Under the pieces are notes generated by a model. It was not told the DNA's origin. It did not search any database and was given only the letters and a program-made list of their open reading frames with translations. The position numbers and the translations under genes are program-made. This document shows positions 13,108-24,200 of a stretch of 64,000 nucleotides of DNA, piece after piece. This stretch comes from Azolla caroliniana. Lineage: Eukaryota > Plantae > Polypodiophyta. The stretch's first letter is position 1. Each line of letters opens with the position of its first letter. The stretch is taken from contig JBHGNT010000012.1 in NCBI GenBank assembly GCA_043228905.1, positions 2,976,001 to 3,040,000 on the forward strand. The letters are read 5' to 3'.

Positions 13108-15804
13108 ATGGAACCACAAACGCTGTCGGAAGCGGCCAGGAAATGGTTCAGGCAAAACGGACTGGAGGGGTTCTTGGCCATCATGGAGGCACCGCCGCAC
13201 AGAGAAGCCGACCGGGTCATCAAGGAGCTCGCCACAGAGGTCATCACCGAGGAAGCGATCCGCGCGCTAACAGGACTTCCGGAGGGAGGAATCTTTCAGA
13301 TCGATAACCCAACCTCGGAGCAACTCACCCGATATTTCGGGGAGTACTCTGTTGCCGGCAAAGGCTATCGGACGCAGGGCGGCGAAGATCCGCTATTCAG
13401 GGAGATAGCTCGAGTGCTCCATGAGTACGGTCACGTGTACCCCCGACCCCCTGTCATGCCAAAAAACCGGGCAGGGATGATCATAGCCACCTATGAGGGG
13501 GTCAAGGTGGACTGGCCGGTGTTGATTGCAGACGGGTTGTGCATGGCAATCGACATGGTACGAGGGAAGGACGGCAAGGAGGGCCGGAAGCTGTGGCACG
13601 CCGTAGCTCAATGGATAACATTGCTCGTGCCGCCGGTCGAGACCGTCCAGCCAAAGAAGCGGCCAAGAGTATCGGAAGGAAGCACCTCGAAGCCGGCGTC
13701 CAAACGACAGCAGCTGCTGGCGTCGAAGGCGACGAAAGGGAAGAAACGGGCCCCAGAACCGGAGGAGGTGTCACCGGTCCGACCCGTCAAGATAACCTTA
13801 CGGAGACCGGGACAGAAGGAACCGGAACCCTTGACGGCACAGAAACATGCCGTGACACAGGAAGAGGAAACGGAGGAGCCAGAAGAGCACCTCCAACGAC
13901 GGTCAAGAAGTAGGACCGCCGAGACAGGAGGGGAGCGGTCGTACCCGCGAGAGGCAGAAACGCCCCCAACTCAACCTGAGCAAACCACAAGGGAAGAACC
14001 GGAACCGGTCCGTAGGGAACCGGTCTTGTCGACTTCTATAGAAGAAGTCAGTCCAACGGCTCCGGAGACGGCGAGAACCGGAACTCAACAGCCGGCGAGC
14101 CCAGCCAGAGCACACGGCGGCCAAGGAGTAGAACCAGAACGGCATATACAGGCAATCAGGCCAGACAATTCCACGGTGAATGAGCCGACCCGACCAGTAC
14201 AGCAACAGGGCACCAGTAGCATGTGGCTACGGTGGGTAGGCGAGCAAATCGCCGGAGTGGTCGAGTATATAGAGGCGGAAGAGAGAGCGCACCAGGAACG
14301 GTTGCTCGTCACAACCGTAGATCTAGAGACGGCCCGGTCCAGAATCCGGAGCCTTGAACAAGACTTGGACAGGGTCACAAGGAAAATGGCGCAAGTGGCT
14401 TTGACAACACAAGTCCAAGCACCGGTGACTCCGGGCAATGTACAGAATAAAGCGACAGATCAACCTGTACATAGCAATCAGACCCCGGCAACGGAAACCG
14501 TTCCGGAGAGAAATGCGGCACAAGCCCAAGAGCTTGCGGATTTAAAGGATGAGCTTGCTGCCCAAGAAGCGCTGAGGAGCCGCGAAAGAGAGTTGAAGAC
14601 GGCAGCGGAGGCAGAACTCAAAAAGACTGCTGAGAATCTACGCCGGGCCGAGGAGAGCTTACGGAAAGGCCACCAAGCGTACGACCGGCTCAAGGAGGAA
14701 AAGGAGAAAATGCTGCAAGAGAAGGACAAGCTCCGGAGGAACGCCGAAACAGAAGTAGAGCGCCTGAAAGAGGAACTCCGGCAGGTAAAGGACCGGGAGG
14801 ACCGGAACCATCGCCAGATCAACGGCAAGCTCAAACAAAAAACGGAGGAATTTGAGCAATTGCACCGGGAGTATAAACGGTTGCAAACGGAGCACAAGGA
14901 ACGGACGGATGAGCTCCGGCAAGCAGTTGATCGGACCGCAACCGCATTCGCCAAGGAACAAGCGGAAAACAGAAGACGGTTGGAAGAGGCGGAGCAGGTT
15001 CGGACAGAGCTCCTCAGGCAACAGCAGGCGGAAAAAGAAAGAGCGGCGGAGGTACTGCAGAGGCTGCAAACGACATATCAAGGGCAGCTGACGCGCTACC
15101 GAGAGCAGGCGGAGGATACGGCAAACCTCATCAAGCAGTTGAAGGAGGAGCGACAAGTGGTGGAAAGCAGAGCTCAAATGGGAGCAAGTCGCATCCAAGA
15201 TATAATGCGGGCATGGTTGAACCAGACCAAGAGCTTGATTGACAACGGTTCCGTCAAATGGTGGACCAAGTGGGCCACGAACGCGGCAGAACTCCAATTG
15301 CTCCGGGCCGACGTAGAGAACCGGCGGAAGGAGGGAGATGATTGCTATATGCTGACTTCCGAAGACTTCACCGGCATAAGGGATGAGCTTGCCGAAGACT
15401 TTCAAGACTTGGCAGAGGACCAACTAGAGCAAGTCCGGCAACTTGTAGCTCAGCTGGACGACGACAGGCTGGAGGCGCAGATCCAGTTTGAAAGCTACGA
15501 GAGGTCCCGGATCCGGGGAGAGAAAGAACGAGAACCAGTTACGGTCAACCTCAGTGATGAGGAACCGTTACTGGAAGGAGACCGGACCGGAAGCAGTCAA
15601 ACGGAGATGCCGGAGCCAGAGAGACAAACGGAGCAGCCGGAGTCAGCGAAACAAACGGAGCAGCAGCAGCAAGCAGAGCAGCCGGAGCAACCTCAGTCCC
15701 AACCACAACCACAGCAGCAGCAAGCACAGCCGCAACAACCACAACCGGAAGAACAAGCGGAAATTCTTGAACAAAGTAATTTGGACAATTTGGGTGAACA
15801 ATGA
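13108..15804 (+). CDS. Additional retrotransposon ORF, ~898 aa from MEPQ (frame open from 12808): N-terminal plant-transposon (Transposase_28/32 or PMD-like) domain, basic NLS-like region, long coiled coil, Q/P/E-rich tail
   Basis: Uninterrupted ~3-kb frame; motifs ITEEAIRALTGLP and RAGMIIATYEGVKVDWPVLIAD resemble Athila/Tat extra-ORF domains (by eye); E/K/R/Q heptads over ~14270-15500. Confidence 0.8.
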   Translation: MEPQTLSEAARKWFRQNGLEGFLAIMEAPPHREADRVIKELATEVITEEAIRALTGLPEGGIFQIDNPTSEQLTRYFGEYSVAGKGYRTQGGEDPLFREIARVLHEYGHVYPRPPVMPKNRAGMIIATYEGVKVDWPVLIADGLCMAIDMVRGKDGKEGRKLWHAVAQWITLLVPPVETVQPKKRPRVSEGSTSKPASKRQQLLASKATKGKKRAPEPEEVSPVRPVKITLRRPGQKEPEPLTAQKHAVTQEEETEEPEEHLQRRSRSRTAETGGERSYPREAETPPTQPEQTTREEPEPVRREPVLSTSIEEVSPTAPETARTGTQQPASPARAHGGQGVEPERHIQAIRPDNSTVNEPTRPVQQQGTSSMWLRWVGEQIAGVVEYIEAEERAHQERLLVTTVDLETARSRIRSLEQDLDRVTRKMAQVALTTQVQAPVTPGNVQNKATDQPVHSNQTPATETVPERNAAQAQELADLKDELAAQEALRSRERELKTAAEAELKKTAENLRRAEESLRKGHQAYDRLKEEKEKMLQEKDKLRRNAETEVERLKEELRQVKDREDRNHRQINGKLKQKTEEFEQLHREYKRLQTEHKERTDELRQAVDRTATAFAKEQAENRRRLEEAEQVRTELLRQQQAEKERAAEVLQRLQTTYQGQLTRYREQAEDTANLIKQLKEERQVVESRAQMGASRIQDIMRAWLNQTKSLIDNGSVKWWTKWATNAAELQLLRADVENRRKEGDDCYMLTSEDFTGIRDELAEDFQDLAEDQLEQVRQLVAQLDDDRLEAQIQFESYERSRIRGEKEREPVTVNLSDEEPLLEGDRTGSSQTEMPEPERQTEQPESAKQTEQQQQAEQPEQPQSQPQPQQQQAQPQQPQPEEQAEILEQSNLDNLGEQ

Positions 15805-15856
15805 AGGGGCCGAGAAGGGTTCGACGTACAAGGTACTGTCCCACGGGCGTGCCATG

Positions 15857-16270
15857 TGTTACCGGCCGGCAAGGAGTCCAAAATACGGAGTGAAGGAATT
15901 AATTAGATATGGTTGTAAATGAGCATAGTGTGGACGGACGGACTGGAAACGGTATGCCGTTCCAGATCCGGACGGATCCCGAATAGGTGCGAGAGGCACC
16001 GTTTTGTACTACGGGCCGGAAACCTATTTAAAGGCCCGGACCCTATTGGAATGACAGCGGATAATTAGTAGAGCTTATGTTGTTTATACTTCTGTCTTGA
16101 TTTCCGTTCTGTAATCACTGTTATATCTTACGCGTGTAATTAACCAAAGCAATCTAATCGTGTAACCTACGTAAGTCGGTGTAATCGTTGAATCTTAATC
16201 CTATGCCGTAATCACCCTTTGGTGAAGTGTCTCCGTGACACCTTGTGTTAGGCCTTGTCCGGCTAAGAGA
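15857..16270 (+). repeat. 3' LTR (last ~6 bp missing)
   Basis: Identical to 8276-8689 at an offset of 7581. Confidence 0.92.
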
Positions 16271-16445
16271 CAGAAGTATAAACAACATAAGCTCTACTAA
16301 TTATCCGCTGTCATTCCAATAGGGTCCGGGCCTTTAAATAGGTTTNNNNNNNNNNNNNNNNNNNNNNNNNNNNNNNNNNNNNNNNNNNNNNNNNNNNNNN
16401 NNNNNNNNNNNNNNNNNNNNNNNNNNNNNNNNNNNNNNNNNNNNN
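16268..16445 (-). other. Inverted LTR fragment (16268-16345) followed by a 100-N gap
   Basis: Reverse complement of the LTR segment aaacctatttaaagg...cttctgtct; Ns at 16346-16445. Confidence 0.9.
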
Positions 16446-16950
16446 ACTTAACATTTTTAGGAGGGGATGCACACAATACATTTACTCTATTGTTGTTTAT
16501 ACAGGTTTTAGGTGGTGAACAAATAGAGGGTTGATGTAGAAAATGAAGCACATTGTTGATGTGGAAAATGAAGCACATTCTAGTTTTGTAGAGGATGTTT
16601 GATGATGGTGTAGGGGGATGAAGCCAATTTCTTGAGGGGATTAGGAGAATAACTCATTCTGTTTTTGTTACAAGTTAGAAATGGTATAAATCGCGATGGG
16701 TGATGTGGTTATTGAAGCAAATTGTCTAGTTTTTAAGGATGAGAGAGTCATGGTGGTGTTGCGGGCTGAAGCAAGGTTTGATGAGGGGGCAAGTTTTATT
16801 TTCATTATGATGATTGATGATGGCGGTGAGAATTGAAGCATGTTTCCCATGAAGAGAGGATAAGGGAAGATGGTGCGACGGCCGAAGTATATCTTGAGGA
16901 GTACACCTAATTTGTTGTTGTTTTTTACAGGCCCTTGATGGTAATCAATG

Positions 16951-17600
16951 AGATGTTGGATGGGATTGAATGAATCAGTTTTTTCTGTGATAAGGATGAA
17001 TGAAGATGGTGGGGGGGTCAAAGCAGACTATCATGAGTGGGTGAGGAAACTTTTAGACTAATTGTTGTTGTTAATACAGGATTTTCATGTACATTGGCAA
17101 GTTGCTTAGCGACGAGATGGTTGATGTGGATTGAATGAAGAAATTTTTTGTGATAAGCATTAGTGAAGATGGTGGGGGAGTCGAAGCCAACTATGATGAG
17201 TGGGTGAGGAAAGTTTTAAACTAATTTTGTGTTGTTAATACAGGATTTTCGTGGACATTGTCAAGATGATAATCGATGAGATGGCTTATGTGGATTGAAT
17301 GAAGAATTTTTATGAGATAAGGATGAGTGAAGATGGTGGGGGGGTCGAAGCCGACTATCATGAGGGGGTGAGGAAATTTTTACACTAATTTATGTTGATT
17401 ATGCAAGATTTTTAGTGGACATTGGCAAGATGCTAATTGCCGAGATGGTTCATGTGGACTGAATGAAGAATTTTTTCTGTGATAAGGATGAGTGAAGATG
17501 GTGGGGGGGTCGAAGCCGACTATCATGAGTGGGTGAGGAAATCTTTAGACTAATTTCTTGTTGTTAATACAGGATTTTTGTGGACATTGGCAACATGCCA
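16951..17600. repeat. Diverged ~164-bp tandem repeat, ~4 copies
   Basis: Recurring gaagatggtgggggggtcgaagccgactatcatgagtgggtgaggaaa; units start near 16951, 17115, 17279 and 17442. Confidence 0.85.
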
Positions 17601-17929
17601 AGATGGTATACAAAGAGTCTGACAAATCATCCCTACATGAACTCACCAAAGAAATTTGAAGAAATGTGTATATTGGGAGAGTAAGTTGATCAAGACGGTC
17701 ATATTGGTCTACGGGGTTGTTTACCTCAATTTTCTCATGCTGATGAACAATATATAGGACTACGGTGGAGGAGATGTATAGTCTTGATGGTCGTGGAGAT
17801 GAAGGAGATGGTAGTTGTCGACATGGGTCCAAGGTGGCCCACCACATTTTTATTCCAACATGGAGAATAGGTTAAAGCAAAGCAAAGCAAAATTGTTTGC
17901 ATTGGTGAACAGGAGGTCATGGTCATATT

Positions 17930-18790
17930 TGAATGGAGGACAAACTTCTATGTTCATTACATGTAAAATGTCTCATGGTATTCCTTTTTAGTCTTTCACT
18001 TCCCTTAGTTGTGGTTTTCAAAGGTCATCATGACTACAACCATTGTAATATTTTTAGTCTAGTCATTTCGTCGTGTAAGCAGAATTCTACTAATGAAGAA
18101 TATCTTCTTTTGGAGAAAAAAACGAGAAACTACTTTGAGCATGATTTGCACATACTACCCTTAGTATTATGGACAAACAAAATAAGTTAACCATATCATT
18201 TAGAATATGCTTAGATTATATGTTGCTAAGAAGCCTACCAAATGGGAACAATATCTTCCTAATATGGAATTTGCTTATAATAGCTCAAAGCATACTTCAA
18301 CTAGATTTGGTCATTTTATGTGGATGTATAATTTCTGATCACATTCCCGATTGATGGCAATTTAAAGTACACAGGATTTGCTTATAGCTCGAGACAACAC
18401 AAAAACAACATTTGCAACCCCTTATATTACTCCTTGGACATAGAGTCTTTTACATGTGCGTCATGACTCTACAAAGTTGTTGGGTAATTGTGTTAAATTA
18501 GTTCCACATTTTTATGGACCTTTCACGATCCTCAAGCGTATTGGTTCAGTTTCGTATTGCCTCGACCTTCCAACTAACATCAAAGTCCATTCATGTTAGT
18601 TGTCTCAATGAGTTCATAGGTTATGGTGATTTCTATTAAAACTTTGGTTACTTTTGAGGATTTGGCACATACACCTCACACTAAAAAGAATTCTCAATTC
18701 GAAAATGAAATGATTTACAATCTAAGTATATTCGACAGTTGAAAATTACTGGATAGATAGTTCTATCCAACATGTTACATAAGGGAGAGA
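17930..18790 (+). pseudogene. Decayed chromovirus-type Ty3/gypsy integrase, GPY/F motif and possible chromodomain
   Basis: Fragments QWEQYLP.MEFAYNSSKHTST and KLVPHFYGPFTILKRIGSVSYCLDLP..IKVH, then a degenerate chromodomain-like stretch. Confidence 0.7.
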
Positions 18791-18829
18791 AGACCCTCTC
18801 TTCCTTATTTTTCTTAGTATTGCTTTAAA

Positions 18830-19725
18830 TTAATTTAGATTCTCACACCTATAGGGATTCCTTAGCAATATTTGGTTGGTAATCCATGTATAACAATGAC
18901 AATACTCCACTGACTTCATGCGAGTTAAGACTTGTCAACTCCCTCTTGGCTAGTGCAACGCACGCATGGTTTGAATTACTTATGACAAGACATCAACTTT
19001 TGGAAATATTCTCATCCACTTGAACATGACCAATAATGATCCACAAACTTGGAAGTGACATCAATTAGGATAACATCAAAATTTTCTTGGTAAGCATAAC
19101 GAAGCCAGTCAACCTTGGTGAGCCAATTAGCCAAGTTCCACAATGTGATAATATGCGCAATGTTGACATATGCATTAGAGTTTCATAATTGGCTTCATGA
19201 AATTATCCTCGACAAAGCTAGAATATTCTATAGCAAATGTCAACCCTGAATATTGGTCTCAATATAAAGCAAGAATGACTATTCATCGTATCCAACCTTA
19301 TCTCATTACCAATATGAGTAGTAACACTCATAAAGCCCTTACACTACTTTGCACTCAATCTCGCAAGTTAGGTATTGAAGTTGCATCATGGTATGAAAAT
19401 GTAACTAATTTGAAGACATGCAAAGTATGCAATCAAGGCATGGTAGAGGATGAATGTCACTTGCTCTTCACACGCTTGACATATAGTGCAATTCGTTCAA
19501 GATATGCTAACATACTAAGAGGGAGTGATAACTTAAGTGCCATACTCAAGACACCACCGAGAAGGTTGAGCTCATATGTGTATGCTTTATTTACACATAG
19601 AGACTTTGTGCTTCAATGTATGAATGCCCCTTCCTAGGAAGGAGATACATAACAAGAACACATGTATACTCTAGTCCCATAGGTCAAAATTGGCCTCTTT
19701 TTGGACGATAAAAATTCTAATTCTA
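18830..19725 (+). mobile_element. 3' fragment of a non-LTR retrotransposon (RTE-X-like C-terminal zinc-binding domain)
   Basis: ORF 19197-19637 contains LGIEVASW...CKVC...VEDECHLLF...YSAIRSRY; ends in a short aattct repeat; left boundary approximate. Confidence 0.7.
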
Positions 19726-20187
19726 TCGAGGCACCAAAACTAGATAACAAATTTCATGCTCTTCATACCAAAAATCAACATCAATGAAGCAATTATCCAA
19801 GTTGTACAATGTCACAATTGGCAACATAGATTTCACCAAGAACAAACCTTACAGTCAATATGTAGTTAGGGCATCAAAGTTCAATCAACTAGTATGTATA
19901 ATGCGACAACAATTGGGATGACCAAGCTCTCCTAAGGTAGCTCTTGTGAAGGTTTCAGAACATAAAAATTATCTTACTCAACACACCCAAACCAGAACTA
20001 CTTCTAGCTGAATCTAATCTATGCTCCAACATGATTTGATTGTATTGAAAATTTTCATTGCTCTAACTTATCTATACAACCAGGTGTATAGATATGTCAC
20101 TCTTAAGTGATGTATGCAACTGCCCATTGACTCAACACCATCTTTATACTAACTACGCTCAAGGATCAATTGTTATTTATCAATAAA

Positions 20188-20550
20188 TTCTCTTAATTAA
20201 ATGCTTCTCACAAAAACAGTTTGTGATCCAATGTAACAAAAATGAAAACGAAAAACATTCTCAAGCCAAACATCAACTGGGGTACCATTCAAATCAAAAT
20301 CTTTTGAATCATGTTACCAAGAGAACGATTCCCTAACAGTTTGTGATTCAATGTAACAAAAATGAAAACGAAAAACATTCTCAAGCCAAACATCAACTGG
20401 GGTACCATTCTCTTAACTAAGTGCTTCTCACAAAAACAGTTTGTGATCCAATGTAGCAAAAATGAATACGAGAAACATTCTCAAGCCAAACATCAACTGG
20501 GGTACCATTGAAATCAAAATCTTTGGGATCATGTTACCAAGAGAACGATT
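20188..20550. repeat. Compound local duplication (A-B-C-B-A-B-C)
   Basis: Core aacagtttgtgat...ggggtaccatt occurs three times (~20215, 20335, 20436), and the flanking blocks twice each. Confidence 0.85.
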
Positions 20551-21214
20551 GCCAAACTGTCTTCAAAACGCAAATCAAAATTTTAATCGCAATATCAAAA
20601 TATCAAACCTTATATGTGATAATCTGGTTTCACAGATACCTTCTTGGAATAGATGTCTACAGAATTATAATTATACACACGCTAATCAAAATGAAAATTT
20701 TGGTTTGAACAGCCAGGAGAAAGTTGTGACAATCATAACAGAATACTGTTGACCATGTGAGATGAAGGAAGCTCTACTGACATTTTACAATATATAGTTG
20801 CTTGGACCCCAAAATGAATTCATTATGTGCATACTAGAAACAAAATGTAGATTTTCCAGGTATGCATACAAGCAGGAACTGCTGAAACAACAATATGGAA
20901 AACTATGTTCACAAATAGTTTATTATGAGAATGTAAAGAGTTCATTCAAATATGCACACTGTAATGTGTTTACTTCAATTGGGTAGCTTATAAATTACCC
21001 AACAAAAAACTCTATATACATGGTTATTTCTCTCTATATTTCTATATCCTTTGCATTACCTGTAGCTTGTGAAGGAGGGCTTCACGGAATAACGGGGTGT
21101 TGCTGGCTAAATTGGATTGATAATGTCGTTCTTATTTATTCCAAGTCTGAGATGCTCTGCAATCAATCAGTAGTTACATGCGTTTGTTCATTTTCTGTAT
21201 CGATACTCTTTATC

Positions 21215-24200
21215 TTAATTTACAGCTGTGAGAGGAGACCTGTTGTCCTTATCTTTATCCCTAAGCAGAGAAGAATCAGCAAAACTAGGTGTTTTTGACT
21301 CTTTGACAATCCCAATCTTTTGAGCTCGAGAAGAATCTATCATTTCAAACCTCAAATCCTGCCGCTCTTCACTGCTTGACTCCTCTATAGCTCCTCTTTG
21401 GTCTTCTTCCACACCTTCAGAAGACAAGAAGGTACTACTACTTTTAGCCTCTCTCTCCTTGAATTCCTGAGACATTTCCTCAATGTTCGGAGCTCTCAGA
21501 GCTTCAATGGATTCTTCATCAGCTATATCAATAGATTTCTTTGTCGGTGTCAATCCTGTTGGTTGATCCTCCTGAAATCAATTTTATCGACTCATGTCAA
21601 AAATATCTTGTCTTGTTGAACCTTTAATATTTAAAGATATTTAAAACCTAAACCCTATACGCATCACTCATACATCTTTGAAATTTTATGAACCTTACTT
21701 CCTAATCCTTTTAACACATTGGAGCTGTCAGATATGAAAGAGTGGCTAAAACTTCAATCATACACACTAAACAAACTTTCATATTTAAAATTTTTATTTT
21801 TGAAGATCCCTAAATCCTAAACATCGTTCTAAGATTTGAGTTTTGTCTCTTTAAATGTTAAGAAGAGATTATTTACCATATAATCATTATTGAAACAGCT
21901 ATCTGACTGATATTTGATGTCTGACACTCCAGTTTTATGGCAGGCATCAAGTTCTTGGGCAGCTTGAGATTTACAATCTATTATAGCTAACATAGATGAT
22001 GCGGCTTGTTCATCTATCTTTAAGCAATCTGTAGACAAAATTTCAATACACAAATGCATCAGAAAGCAGCGTTGCGGTTAAATGCATGACAAAAATATCT
22101 AAGGATATCAATCTGAGTTTACCATTCATAGATTCTAGAATTGCATCATTTCCAGATTGGAAATCAGCTTGTATTGAATCGCTCAACTCCTCCAATCTTG
22201 ACAATAGAAGAGCATTCCCATAAACTCCTTGCCTGTACACAAATACAAATTTAGAATATTGTACAGTGTCTCCACAAGATTTAGATGCAAATTTACCCAT
22301 ACAAGCTTCATATAACTAGCTCTGGTATACTTAATGCTTACTTGACTATCAGATCTATTCCAAGATGATTATCTTTTTCTAGCTGTTGAATGGACTCTTG
22401 TGTATGCTTCCAGCATCCTCTGTTTTCACTTGTTTTTTCTTTACTGTATGTTTCCAAATAACAAATCAGCAATTTTCCAAATCTTCAAGCTGGGAAATAC
22501 ACTATATATTTGAAAAATATAATCAATACCAATATTCAACATTTCCTATCAAGCACACTTGGCTTGACATCAAATTGCTGGAAATTTCCACAAAGTGATC
22601 TTCTGAATTCTTAATGTGAGCATCCCACAAACTATGAGTTCCTGCGCTTGCATCACAAATATCTTGGAGGTCTTGCTTCAAGGAATCAGATTTTCTCGAA
22701 GTAGATTCCCTAATCTCTTTGATTTTTGAGTTTATCTATAAAAGGAAGAGTAACAGTAGGTATGAAACACACAGAAATGGATAAGAAGCACAATATGTAT
22801 ACAACCAAACCAGATAATTTACCATCGCTGACTTCCGTGAGGATGCTGCAATGACCATTTCAGTGACCTTTTCAATCAACATAACCTCCTCTTGTCTTGC
22901 GATTTCCTGAATTATAAATGCGAATTGAGAAAAATGGATAGCAAAAGCAGATATTATGGTTCACTTCAGAAAATTGTAGTTTGTCTAACCTGGTAGGTTT
23001 GTTCGAGATCACTAAGACTCCCGCATAAGTATTTGTGATGCTGTGCAACAGATCCACTCACTTTATTGATGTTCTCTTCTTGCCCATCAAAGAAAGCTAT
23101 CAACTTCTTTGACATCTCTTTTGAAGCGTCAATGCTTAATTGTGCTTTCTGCATAGAATATATTTGAAAACAGTTAAGGAAGTCCATGATGTATACCACC
23201 TGTTGTGATGAAGCACTGGGTTTTACCTCCTTTTGCTGGCAGATCAACAAAGATATGCCATCTTGTTGACTAGTAAACATGGTTTCAAGATCATGAAACA
23301 GTCCTTCAGCTTCCGCAACAGAAGCTGCAAGAATCTGTCCAATACAAAGAGATAGATTGTTAAAATCTTTCATAACTAATATAAATCATTGCAAATGCAA
23401 ATAGGATGCGTTTACCACCTCCTCCAGGGCTGAACCACGAGCAGATATGTTGGAGTTAACTTTCTCAAAGATGGAGGTTGAGTCTTTCTCATGTGAATGT
23501 GCCAACTCACTAATGCTCTTAAGCCCAGAGGAGAATGAGTCCTTTATGGTCATTGTTCTCTGCCTGAGTGTGTCAATCAGCTAAGAAAGGAAATATGTTT
23601 CATTTATTACTCAGTAATAAGCATAACATAGCAGCGAATATCACATTAAATACTCGTAACCATATTAATTGCTACCTCAATTTTTGTGCTCATAAAAGAT
23701 GCAACTTGTTCTTGCATTTGATGAAGATACTGCTGCTGTTGTTCAATTGAAACAGTTACTGACTCATGCAATGTTTTCAATTTCCTACTCAGATTTTCAT
23801 GAAAAGCCTGCAATATTTGTTGATTTTCGATCTCCACTTGGGTTTTCCGACCTAAATAGTTTGATTATATTAATTCCTTGAATCAGAAAAGTTTTCAAAT
23901 GGTACATGTGTCAGACACACATACCAATCTTGGAATAGAGCCCTTCCATCTCAGAAGCACAGTTTTTTAATTGAAATTGAAGACTCCCAGCTTGTTTAAC
24001 CAGAGCATCCTCTGAATGGTGGCAACATTAAGAAAATAATTTACGGAGAAATTTAATTCTATAAACAATTTTAGGTGGATAAATATGCAACATACCTGAC
24101 TGCTGGTACTTGGAAATTATAAATTGCTGCTCTTTGATATTGTATTGATATTGGTTTATTTGATTCTTTGCTTCATTCAACTCATTTTGTGTTTCAAGAA

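Larger units (their letters stand above)
8276..16270 (+). mobile_element. Very young Ty3/gypsy LTR retrotransposon (Athila-like non-chromovirus), gag-less, with an extra 3' ORF
   Basis: Two LTRs identical over the 414 bp that can be compared; PBS; PR-RT-RH-INT domain order; no chromodomain and no extra RNase H; much more GC-rich than the flanks. Confidence 0.93.

Noticed and set aside
14478-15423. Antisense ORFs of 158 and 254 aa in the element
   Set aside because: Leu/Phe/Ser-rich mirrors of E/K/Q-rich codons in GC-rich DNA.
12808-15804. ORF2 as a retroviral Env or a relocated Gag
   Set aside because: No signal peptide, transmembrane helix, CCHC knuckle or recognisable capsid motif; a structural search is still warranted.
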